Source: a virus
Taxonomy: Duplodnaviria; Caudoviricetes
Reading direction: 5' to 3' (one strand)
Virus record (IMG/VR): IMGVR_UViG_2721755758_000001
Span: 8,709 to 72,708 of that record
Length of the DNA stretch: 64,000 bases
The notes under the pieces are model-generated. The model was given only the letters and a program-made list of their open reading frames with translations. It was not told the DNA's origin and did not search any database. Below, piece after piece: positions 29,270-37,559 of the stretch; the stretch's first letter is position 1, and the number at the start of each line of letters is the position of its first letter. Made by a program: the position numbers and the translations under genes.

Positions 29270-29954
29270 TAAAGAATTTAATGATTATGCTAATAATACT
29301 GCAATAAATATGGTGAAACAAGTCTACTCTGATAACAATAAAACATGGAGAGAAGCTGCTGCTAAAAGTGGAAGAGGAAAAGAAATAAGAGAAGTATTAA
29401 AAAGAGATATGTCCGGGAATATAGGAATGACAGTACAACAACAGATATATAACAATGCGGAATTAATAAAATCTATTCCGCAGGATATAGCAGTAAAAGT
29501 AAATGAGAAGATATTAAAAGAAACTATGGACGGAACTAGAAGCGCAGATATAGTAGATTATATTAAAAGCATGGTTCCTAATATATCTGAAAATAAAGCT
29601 AAATTAATTGCACGTACCGAAACATCTAAAACTTCATCTGCTATTACTGAAGCTAAAGCTAAAGAGGTAGGAAGTAAAGCATATATATGGCAAGGCTCGG
29701 AAGATGAAAGAGAAAGACCTGAGCATAAGAAAATGAACAATGTAATTGTATTTTATAACAATCCTCCAAGACCTGAATTATTAGTTGGAAAGAAAAGTCC
29801 TCAACCATATCATGCAGGTTGCATTTGGAATTGTAGGTGCTATGAAGAACCAATATTGGATGCTGATGATATAACATTCCCTCATAAAGCATATGTAGGA
29901 GATAAAATAGTAATGATATCCAAAAAGAGATTCATTGAATTAAGTAATATGTAA
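29133..29954 (+). CDS. Minor head/head morphogenesis protein (Mu gpF/SPP1 gp7-like)
   Basis: AKLIARTE..DERERPEH..NCRC. Confidence 0.9.
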   Translation: MWMLNRLIEKRYQRAIMKAVKKLHNNLQHLNSLTDILSAIRKFAHSKEFNDYANNTAINMVKQVYSDNNKTWREAAAKSGRGKEIREVLKRDMSGNIGMTVQQQIYNNAELIKSIPQDIAVKVNEKILKETMDGTRSADIVDYIKSMVPNISENKAKLIARTETSKTSSAITEAKAKEVGSKAYIWQGSEDERERPEHKKMNNVIVFYNNPPRPELLVGKKSPQPYHAGCIWNCRCYEEPILDADDITFPHKAYVGDKIVMISKKRFIELSNM

Positions 29955-29980
29955 CTTTTCGAGAAATAATGATTGATTAA

Positions 29981-30009
29981 TTTACACATATAAGTATTGA
30001 TGCTATACT
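29981..30009 (+). promoter_or_regulatory. sigma-A promoter of HEPN moron
   Basis: TTTACA-17bp-TATACT with extended TG. Confidence 0.65.
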
Positions 30010-30050
30010 TAATGTATTATAGAAATATTTTGTAAAAGTGGGAGGGTAAT

Positions 30051-30818
30051 ATGGATAAACAATTAAATGAAGAAATTACTTATTTAACCAATAAATACAA
30101 TGAAATAAATTACTATCCAGATCGTTTTAAAATATTTTTAGGTAGCGATAAATATTTATGTGGGGTATTATCTCCGAAAGATAAAAAATGTCCATTAAGC
30201 CAATTTACAGATTATAGCACACTATACAACACTATAGTAGATTTAGATTGGAAAATAAAATTATCATTTAACGAATCTATTAAGTATGCATATTCAGATT
30301 TATTAAAAAATGAATTTAATCCTCTTCAATCTACTAAGGAAGAAAGCATGGCTTATTATTATATAGAGAATTCTCTATATAGAACATCTACTTTATGGGA
30401 TATATTAGCACAAATATATTGCTTATTTTATAAAATTAATATTACAAGACATAAAATTTACTATAGTAAGTTATTTAATGCAAAACGTGATGAGTATTAT
30501 TCAGAGTACAAGATAAAAAAAATCAAAAATTACGAAGATTTTAAAAATAAAGCAGATAATATAAATAAATATTTATGTGAAAAAAATAATACTTCCGTTG
30601 AAGGAACATGGTTAGGAAATCATGCATATGTAAATAAATGCAGGAACCAAATGACACATAGAAATTCTCCTAATATAACATCTATAAGCGATTATAATCT
30701 TAATTTCAAAGATCCACCTAGTTATATGTTAAAAAGAATTATAGAAGACTATGTTAAAGTGTCTAATTATATAAGTGAAATACTAAATAATATCGAAGAA
30801 AAGTTAGATAATAACTAA
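30051..30818 (+). CDS. HEPN-domain protein (Cthe_2314-like), moron
   Basis: RNQMTH Rx4H motif; WDILAQI; own promoter; inserted in head operon. Confidence 0.75.
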   Translation: MDKQLNEEITYLTNKYNEINYYPDRFKIFLGSDKYLCGVLSPKDKKCPLSQFTDYSTLYNTIVDLDWKIKLSFNESIKYAYSDLLKNEFNPLQSTKEESMAYYYIENSLYRTSTLWDILAQIYCLFYKINITRHKIYYSKLFNAKRDEYYSEYKIKKIKNYEDFKNKADNINKYLCEKNNTSVEGTWLGNHAYVNKCRNQMTHRNSPNITSISDYNLNFKDPPSYMLKRIIEDYVKVSNYISEILNNIEEKLDNN

Positions 30819-30871
30819 TATTTCTTTAGGATAGTATTTGTAAGAAATGTGGAACTTATATAAATAAAACT

Positions 30872-30923
30872 ATAAAAACATTGTAAAAAGTAAATAAAAA
30901 AACAAAGAAATATACTCTATAAT
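30872..30923 (+). promoter_or_regulatory. Putative activator-dependent late promoter
   Basis: ATAAAAACATT GTAAAAAGTAA ATAAAAA, then TATAAT at 30918. Confidence 0.55.
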
Positions 30924-30939
30924 ATAAATAGTGATTATT

Positions 30940-30969
30940 GCATCTGCTTCGGCAGGTGCTTTTATTTTT
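30940..30969 (+). terminator. Intrinsic terminator
   Basis: GCATCTGC-TTCG-GCAGGTGC plus T-rich tail. Confidence 0.75.
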
Positions 30970-31046
30970 GCAATGAAAAGAAAATACAGGACTAGATACC
31001 ATATTTTCGACAGTTCATTTTAATTTATTATTAGAGGTGAATTAGA

Positions 31047-31718
31047 ATGGAAAATAAATTAACACCATTAGAATACAAAGGACAAAGAATATTAACAACA
31101 AAACAGTTAGCTGAAGTTTATGAAACAGATGTCAACAATATACAAAAGAATTTTAGCAATAACAAGGAAAGATTTATAGAAGGGAAACATTATTATAAAC
31201 TTACAGGCAATGAATTAGCGGAATTTAAAAAGGTACTGAATGATATTCATGACCCTTCGATAAAGTTTACAAGTGTTCTTATACTTTGGACTGAACGTGG
31301 AGCAGATAGACATTGCAAAATTCTTGATACTGATAAAGCATGGGAACAATTTGATAACTTAGAGGATACCTATTTTAAAGTCAAAGAATATAGAGATCTA
31401 TTTTTAGAAAATGAACAATTAAAAGAAATTGTATATGAGCAAAAAGATTTACTGAATGAATTTAGTAAGGTAACAGAAGAAGCTAAGCAACTCTATAAGC
31501 CTAGTCACAAAAGAAAATTACAATATGATAGACTTATTAAGTCTGTAACTAGTGGCAAAGAAGAATATGATATGGTTAAAGAATGGATATTCGCAGTTCT
31601 TGAAGCTGAAAAATGGGAAGACATATCTATAGATGATAATAAAAAAGTTCTTGAAATAATAAATACAGTTTCTAGAATGATAAATATAAAGAGATTTGAA
31701 CAATTAAGCCTATTATAG
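31047..31718 (+). CDS. ORF6N-domain DNA-binding protein
   Basis: RILTTKQLAEVY..NFSNNKERFIEGKHY..LWTERGA.RHCKIL.TDKAWE. Confidence 0.85.
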   Translation: MENKLTPLEYKGQRILTTKQLAEVYETDVNNIQKNFSNNKERFIEGKHYYKLTGNELAEFKKVLNDIHDPSIKFTSVLILWTERGADRHCKILDTDKAWEQFDNLEDTYFKVKEYRDLFLENEQLKEIVYEQKDLLNEFSKVTEEAKQLYKPSHKRKLQYDRLIKSVTSGKEEYDMVKEWIFAVLEAEKWEDISIDDNKKVLEIINTVSRMINIKRFEQLSLL

Positions 31719-31767
31719 GAATTAACTATGATAAGGCTTTTTATTTTATATAAATGGAGGAGCAGAC

Positions 31768-32211
31768 ATGAAATTAACTGTTAATTATACTGATGCATCA
31801 GAAAACAAATATATTTATACAACTTACTGTAAAGAAAAAGAATATGATATAAACACAAATTTAGGAATGGCAACATTTAGAAATGGAAATGAAGAATTTT
31901 CAGTAAGACTATCTAATCTTGTTAGTTTCCAGTATGAAGAAACAGAAGGAAAAAGCAAAAATAAGGATGGCAATTCTAAGATAAAGGTTAAAGCATTAAA
32001 AGTTACAATAGATATGTATGGGAAAACTGTCGATTCTATATTTTATGATGCATTTAGAGAAAGAATAATCAGACCTGGACTTCTAAATAGTTATGTTTTT
32101 TTTATATTAGGTTGCAATAAAACTGCATGTATAGGAGATTACATTATATATAAAGATGGAAAATTCGATGTATGCGATAAAGAATATTTTGATAAACATT
32201 ATACTTGTTAA
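31768..32211 (+). CDS. Hypothetical phage protein
   Basis: C-terminal GDYII...F...Y motif. Confidence 0.55.
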   Translation: MKLTVNYTDASENKYIYTTYCKEKEYDINTNLGMATFRNGNEEFSVRLSNLVSFQYEETEGKSKNKDGNSKIKVKALKVTIDMYGKTVDSIFYDAFRERIIRPGLLNSYVFFILGCNKTACIGDYIIYKDGKFDVCDKEYFDKHYTC

Positions 32212-32212
32212 A

Positions 32213-32240
32213 AAGTCTTACAAATAAGGCTTTTTTATTT
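32213..32240 (+). terminator. Intrinsic terminator-like hairpin
   Basis: AAGTCTTA-CAAA-TAAGGCTT plus T tract. Confidence 0.55.
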
Positions 32241-32265
32241 TGCCTTTGAGAGGAGGTGAGAAACA

Positions 32266-33609
32266 TTGAAAGCGTATTACGGAAGTAAGATAAGTCCTAA
32301 CATGACAGAAACACCTGATGGATTTCTTATATGTCACAATGTCCCTATAGCACGTTGTGGTTGGTATAAATACTTAGGCAAAGAACTTATAGACAAAAGT
32401 ATCTCTGAAGATAAAAGAGTTATTAAAGATAATCAAGAAAACGAAATTTTAAATATCTATAGAAGTCCGGAAGATGTATTTTCTATTAAATCAATAGCTT
32501 CATTTCAAGGAAAGATTGTTACAGATAATCATCCACCAGAACTATTAAATCCTGAAAATGCTCAGAGGTATTGTAAAGGTTCAGTTGATAATGTAAGGCA
32601 ATCTAGCGAAGAAAAAGATTTGCTACTTGCAGATTTAATAGTCTATGACAAGAGATTAATAAAAGAAATACTTGAAAAAGAAAAAAGAGAAGTGTCATGT
32701 GGATATGAATTTAAACTTCAAAAAAATAAAGATGGTACATATTCTCAAATTAATATAATAGGGAATCATGTTGCAATAGTTGAAAATGGCAGAGCCGGAG
32801 ACCGTTGCAGAGTTTTAGATTCAATAAATAATGAAGGAGGAAGAAAAATGGAAGATAAAATAAAAATTCCTAGAAAAACTAATAACTTTAAAGATTGGTT
32901 AGCAGGATTAGGAGCACATATGGTTGCTAAAGATTCAACACCAGAAGAATTCAACGATGTACTGGATGGACTAGTAGAGGAAAAATTAAAGTCTATGGAT
33001 GAAGAGGTGCAATTACCACAGCAACAGACACAAACTTCTCCTCAAGAACCAGCAAAGGATGCATGTGATGAAGAGCCACAAGTATCCGGAGTAGAAGCAA
33101 AACTTGATAAATTAGTAGAAGTAGTTGGAACTTTAGTTCAATCTTTAAGCCAAGCACAACAACCAAAAGCGCCTGAGCAAGCAATAGATGAAGATATCCA
33201 AAAGCTTGAAAATGGATGCGATGAAGAACCAGAAGAAATAATTGAAGCTGATGACGAAGGTGATTTAACAGAACCTGAAAATGGAGATGTTAGTGATCCT
33301 GAAGATAGACCTAAAAATCCTATTGTAGGAGCAGATACTTTGGCAGCTATTAAAGCAAAAAGAGAGATGATTAGTTATATTACTGATCCAGTTCAAAAAA
33401 GCAAAGCATTAGATTCACTTTCAAAAGAAGTGGCAAAGGCTTTAAGTTCTAAGAACAAACCTTCTGATAATGGATATGCTAAAATAATCAAATCTCAGAA
33501 GCAATCAGCTTTAGACAAAGCAGCAGAAGTTTATGACGAAGACAAAGTGGCTGGAGAAGTAGCAAATATATATGCCAATATGAATCCACACAGAAAGGAG
33601 AATAAATAA
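32266..33609 (+). CDS. Prohead protease/scaffold (DUF2213)
   Basis: TPDGFLIC.NVPIAR.G, EVSCGY, GNHVAIVENGRAG; acidic C-terminal half. Confidence 0.9.
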   Translation: MKAYYGSKISPNMTETPDGFLICHNVPIARCGWYKYLGKELIDKSISEDKRVIKDNQENEILNIYRSPEDVFSIKSIASFQGKIVTDNHPPELLNPENAQRYCKGSVDNVRQSSEEKDLLLADLIVYDKRLIKEILEKEKREVSCGYEFKLQKNKDGTYSQINIIGNHVAIVENGRAGDRCRVLDSINNEGGRKMEDKIKIPRKTNNFKDWLAGLGAHMVAKDSTPEEFNDVLDGLVEEKLKSMDEEVQLPQQQTQTSPQEPAKDACDEEPQVSGVEAKLDKLVEVVGTLVQSLSQAQQPKAPEQAIDEDIQKLENGCDEEPEEIIEADDEGDLTEPENGDVSDPEDRPKNPIVGADTLAAIKAKREMISYITDPVQKSKALDSLSKEVAKALSSKNKPSDNGYAKIIKSQKQSALDKAAEVYDEDKVAGEVANIYANMNPHRKENK

Positions 33610-34106
33610 TGTCAGGAGTAGCAATCGGTAAAAGATTAAATCATGGATATATAGGTCAACCATCAAGAACAGATGATACTATTATAGAAAGTAGAACAGC
33701 AGATGGTGCTATTAGCTTTGGAGCTCCAGTTAAAATTACAAGTGATAATAAGGTAAAAGCAATAGGAGCAGGAGATGCTGCAACAGCTTTTTTTGGATTT
33801 GCAATGAGAGAAGTTATGCAGAGTTCAGATTATTCAACTGGAGCATCAGCTTATCAAGATAAAGATCCAGTTGATGTTATGGTAAGAGGAACTATGCTTG
33901 TAAAAGTAAACAATGGCACACCAACACCTCATGGAAAAGTTTATATTAGAGTAGCAAATGGAGCAAGTGATAAACCAATTGGAGGAATTGAAGCAGTCGC
34001 AGATAGTACATCTGGTAACACAATAGAATTAACAGGAGTCGTATTTAATACAGGGAAATTAGATGCAAATAAAGTAGCTGAAGTTCTTGTACAATACAGA
34101 CACTAA
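33609..34106 (+). CDS. Head decoration/cement protein
   Basis: Lies between protease and capsid; FGAPV...VMVRG...GKVYIR. Confidence 0.75.
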   Translation: MSGVAIGKRLNHGYIGQPSRTDDTIIESRTADGAISFGAPVKITSDNKVKAIGAGDAATAFFGFAMREVMQSSDYSTGASAYQDKDPVDVMVRGTMLVKVNNGTPTPHGKVYIRVANGASDKPIGGIEAVADSTSGNTIELTGVVFNTGKLDANKVAEVLVQYRH

Positions 34107-34122
34107 AAGGAGGGATAAAAGA

Positions 34123-35124
34123 ATGAGTAAAATATATGGTGCAGATGCAAAATCTAAAGCACTAGGATTTGATGAAGCAGCAATTGGTGCTGGAATGGCT
34201 TTTCTTAATGGTGAACTTGAAAAAAGAAATGTTAAATTAAACGAACCTTTAACTAGTTTTACATATGCTAGAGATATTTCAATTGAAACAGGTGGAGGAT
34301 TATTTACAGAAAATGTTTCTAATATCTTTGTTGATTATGCAAGTGTTGGAGGTAATGAAGAAGATATAGTAAGAAATACAACTTCTGATATTGCCACTAT
34401 ACAAACAGATGTAAATAAAGAAAAGGTTCCAAGCTTTATCTGGATGAGAAATATGACAATTGGATTCATAGATCAAAAAAAGATGGCAGAGACAGGAAGA
34501 GGATTAGATGAACTTTTGAACAAAGGAATTAAGATGGCTTATAATAAAGCACTTGATTTAAGAGTTTATGAAGGTATGAATAACGGAAAGTATTATGGAT
34601 TAGTTAATAATCCAAAGATTCCAGCAGTAACTGCATCTGCAAGTGCCGGTGACGGAAATAGTACCAAATGGAAAGATAAATTACCTGATGAAATTTTAGA
34701 TGATATAAATCAAGCAATGCAGAAGACTTGGGAAAATTCTGAATATGATTTAAAGGGTATGTGTAATCAAATTTTAGTTGATCCATCTAATTATACTTAT
34801 CTAGTGAGCAGGAAAGTATCTGATGCTGGTAATATATCAATCCTTAGTTATTTACTTGAAAACAATATAGGTAAAAATCAAGGTATTGATTTAGTTATTG
34901 CTCCTTGCAGATGGTGTACAGGTGCAGGAACTGGTTCAACTAACAGAATGGTTTGCTATGCCAACGATCCTGATATGGTTAATATAGCAATACCACAGCC
35001 TTTAACTAAAACAATGACTACACCAGAAGCAAGTAAGGTTAGATATGTAATAAACTTTGCTGCTAATTTCTCTGTAGTAAATTTCAAATATCTACAACAT
35101 GCAATGTATGTAGATGGAATATAA
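34123..35124 (+). CDS. Major capsid protein (DUF2184 family)
   Basis: FL.GELE, YYGLVNNP, RMVCY.ND, C-terminal YVDGI. Confidence 0.9.
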   Translation: MSKIYGADAKSKALGFDEAAIGAGMAFLNGELEKRNVKLNEPLTSFTYARDISIETGGGLFTENVSNIFVDYASVGGNEEDIVRNTTSDIATIQTDVNKEKVPSFIWMRNMTIGFIDQKKMAETGRGLDELLNKGIKMAYNKALDLRVYEGMNNGKYYGLVNNPKIPAVTASASAGDGNSTKWKDKLPDEILDDINQAMQKTWENSEYDLKGMCNQILVDPSNYTYLVSRKVSDAGNISILSYLLENNIGKNQGIDLVIAPCRWCTGAGTGSTNRMVCYANDPDMVNIAIPQPLTKTMTTPEASKVRYVINFAANFSVVNFKYLQHAMYVDGI

Positions 35125-35140
35125 GAAAATTTAGATTTCG

Positions 35141-35180
35141 AAAAGCATATAGATTAATTTCTATATGCTTTTATTTTTTT
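35141..35180 (+). terminator. Terminator after capsid gene
   Basis: AAAAGCATATAGA/TCTATATGCTTTT plus T tract. Confidence 0.75.
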
Positions 35181-35208
35181 ATAAATTTAAAAAAGTGAGG
35201 TAATTAAA

Positions 35209-35520
35209 ATGAGAATATATTCAAAAAAGGTTTTTGGATTCAATGTAGATGGAGAAACTATACTAACTCCATATGAAGGCTTTTTCGATATAAAAGATGA
35301 ATTAGCAAATGATAATTTCTTTAAATTAGCTGTAAAAGAGGGATCTATTTTAATATTAAATTCCGAAAATAAGAAAAGTATTGAAAATGGAGATTTCCCA
35401 ACAGATTTAGAAGTTCTTAGCTTAGAAGAATTATTAAAATATGCAGAAGAAAATGGAATAGATATCGGAAAAGCTACAACTCAATCTGGAGTATTGGCAA
35501 AAATTAAAGAACAAAAATAG
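35209..35520 (+). CDS. Head-associated protein with C-terminal HeH/LEM-like motif
   Basis: LEELLKYAEENGIDIGKAT. Confidence 0.55.
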   Translation: MRIYSKKVFGFNVDGETILTPYEGFFDIKDELANDNFFKLAVKEGSILILNSENKKSIENGDFPTDLEVLSLEELLKYAEENGIDIGKATTQSGVLAKIKEQK

Positions 35521-35528
35521 GTGATATT

Positions 35529-36008
35529 ATGTATTTAGATGGAATAACAGAGGGGATATCTAACATTAAAAAAGGAGATAATCCTCTCTTTACTGTTGAA
35601 AATTTTCTTGAAGTATATCCTCAATTTGGGATTAATACTACAACAAATACTTATAATGTACCGGAAATGGTTATACAAATGTATTTAGAAATGGCAGATA
35701 GCAGAATAAAGGAAAGTAGATGGCATAAATCATGGAAAATAGGAATGTGTTTATTTATAGCGCATTACTGTACTCTTTATTTACAAACTGTATCTACGCC
35801 TGAAGATGGTCAACAGGTTATTGCAAGCGCAGGTCAAATTCAAGGACTACAAACAAGCATGAGCGCAGATGGAGTAAGTGTTGGAAAAGATTATTCAACT
35901 ATAGTTAAAAGTGAAGAAAATGCAAATGATTTTAATTTAACTACATTTGGAATACAGTTTCTTTCATTAGCAAAATTGTTTGGCAGAGGAGGATTCACAG
36001 TTTTATAG
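35529..36008 (+). CDS. Head-tail adaptor (DUF4054)
   Basis: F..YPQF, LFIAHY..L, TTFGIQF. Confidence 0.8.
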   Translation: MYLDGITEGISNIKKGDNPLFTVENFLEVYPQFGINTTTNTYNVPEMVIQMYLEMADSRIKESRWHKSWKIGMCLFIAHYCTLYLQTVSTPEDGQQVIASAGQIQGLQTSMSADGVSVGKDYSTIVKSEENANDFNLTTFGIQFLSLAKLFGRGGFTVL

Positions 36009-36021
36009 AAAGGAGAGCTTT

Positions 36022-36630
36022 ATGTTTGAAAATTTATTTGATGTTAATGTAACAAAGGATTTAACAGATAAGATAAAAAAGGATTTAGAAGAGTTAGCAC
36101 ATAAGCAGATACTTTGTGGAATACCTGATAGTACAGAGCATAAAGGTTCTCATGTTTCTAATGCACAATTACTATTTATTCACACGGAAGGTGTAAGGGA
36201 TTCTTCTATGAAACAAGAAATGCAACACAATATAAAGGATGGAAAAACATATTCGCAGGCACATGAGATGTTTATACATGAACATGGTTCTGCATTGCAT
36301 AGAATACCTCCTCGCCCTGTTTTAGTTCCTGCTATGACTAAGTATGGAGATGAAGTAGCAAAGAAAATGAAAAATTGTTTAGATTCAGTATTAGATAGTA
36401 GACAATGGGAAATTGAATTAAATAAAACTGCGTTATTTGTTCAGAACAAAGTAAGAAAATTCTTTACAGATAGTGATAATGGATGGGCACCAAATGCAGA
36501 AAGTACAATAAAAGGATGGCAATCTCCATGGGGAACATTTTATGAAGGTAAAGGAAGTTCTCAACCATTGATTGATACTGGGGAATTAAGACGTAGTATA
36601 GTTGGAATTGTAGGTGATAAGCGTGATTAA
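36022..36630 (+). CDS. Neck/tail completion protein
   Basis: HEHG..IPPRP, PNAESTI..KGSSQPLIDTGELRRS. Confidence 0.75.
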   Translation: MFENLFDVNVTKDLTDKIKKDLEELAHKQILCGIPDSTEHKGSHVSNAQLLFIHTEGVRDSSMKQEMQHNIKDGKTYSQAHEMFIHEHGSALHRIPPRPVLVPAMTKYGDEVAKKMKNCLDSVLDSRQWEIELNKTALFVQNKVRKFFTDSDNGWAPNAESTIKGWQSPWGTFYEGKGSSQPLIDTGELRRSIVGIVGDKRD

Positions 36631-36985
36631 TCTAAGCCAAGTAATTACAAATCCTGCCTTTTGTACAACGTTTATAGTTTATAGAAAAACAGGTAAGTTT
36701 GTAAAAGGAAGATTTCAAGAAACAGAAGTAGCTATACCGTTTAAAGGCATAATAACTACTTGTAAAGGGAGAGATTTAGAGCAAATACCTGAAGGAGACA
36801 GAGTAGGCGGAGAGAGGAATGTATTAACGCTCCAACCTATATATGTAACACGTGATTTGGATAATAACACAGGTACTTCCGATGAAATTTTATGGCATGG
36901 AGAAAGATATAAATTAAGAATAGTAAATGATGATAGTGATTATGGATTTTATAAAGGAATAGCTCAAAAAATAAGTGGAAAGTAG
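36614..36985 (+). CDS. Head closure/stopper protein
   Basis: L..IPEGDR..D.I.WHG.RY; position in neck module. Confidence 0.65.
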   Translation: MISVINLSQVITNPAFCTTFIVYRKTGKFVKGRFQETEVAIPFKGIITTCKGRDLEQIPEGDRVGGERNVLTLQPIYVTRDLDNNTGTSDEILWHGERYKLRIVNDDSDYGFYKGIAQKISGK

Positions 36986-37549
36986 GTGATTTTATTGGAA
37001 AAAATAAATAAGTTAAGTGACATAGAAGATAAAATTGCTGAACTCACTCTTATGATGCTTGATTTAGATCCGGATGCAGAGGAAAATCAAGACAAAGTTA
37101 GAATTGCATGGCCTACAAGTGGTGCTCCGGGATGGAGTATTGATGAAGATATATGTTTTTTACGAATTACTCCTGTAGATTCGCCTTCTGCAAGACAACA
37201 GGATGTTATTTATACTGCTAAAGAAAATTCGGACGAGTTATTAACTAAAGAAATAGCATATACAAGAGTACATAATGTAGATTGGTGCTTTTACGGACCT
37301 AATGCATATGATTTAGCAGATGTAATAAGATTCAAAATACTTTCAGACACAACTATAAAAAAAGAATTTAACAATATTAATTTACATCTAGTTACTGATG
37401 TTACAATGCCAATAAGAGTTCCAGAACTCTTTCAAGGCAGATGGTGGAATAGAGTTGATTTCCAAGCAAAATACAATGAATTAGTAGTAAGAAGTGTGGA
37501 AGAGAAAGCAATAGTAATAGGAAATTTACATTATATTATAGATAGATAG
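36986..37549 (+). CDS. Tail terminator/neck protein
   Basis: FYGPNA...PEL..GRWW.RVD; position. Confidence 0.7.
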   Translation: MILLEKINKLSDIEDKIAELTLMMLDLDPDAEENQDKVRIAWPTSGAPGWSIDEDICFLRITPVDSPSARQQDVIYTAKENSDELLTKEIAYTRVHNVDWCFYGPNAYDLADVIRFKILSDTTIKKEFNNINLHLVTDVTMPIRVPELFQGRWWNRVDFQAKYNELVVRSVEEKAIVIGNLHYIIDR

Positions 37550-37559
37550 GAGAGTATAG

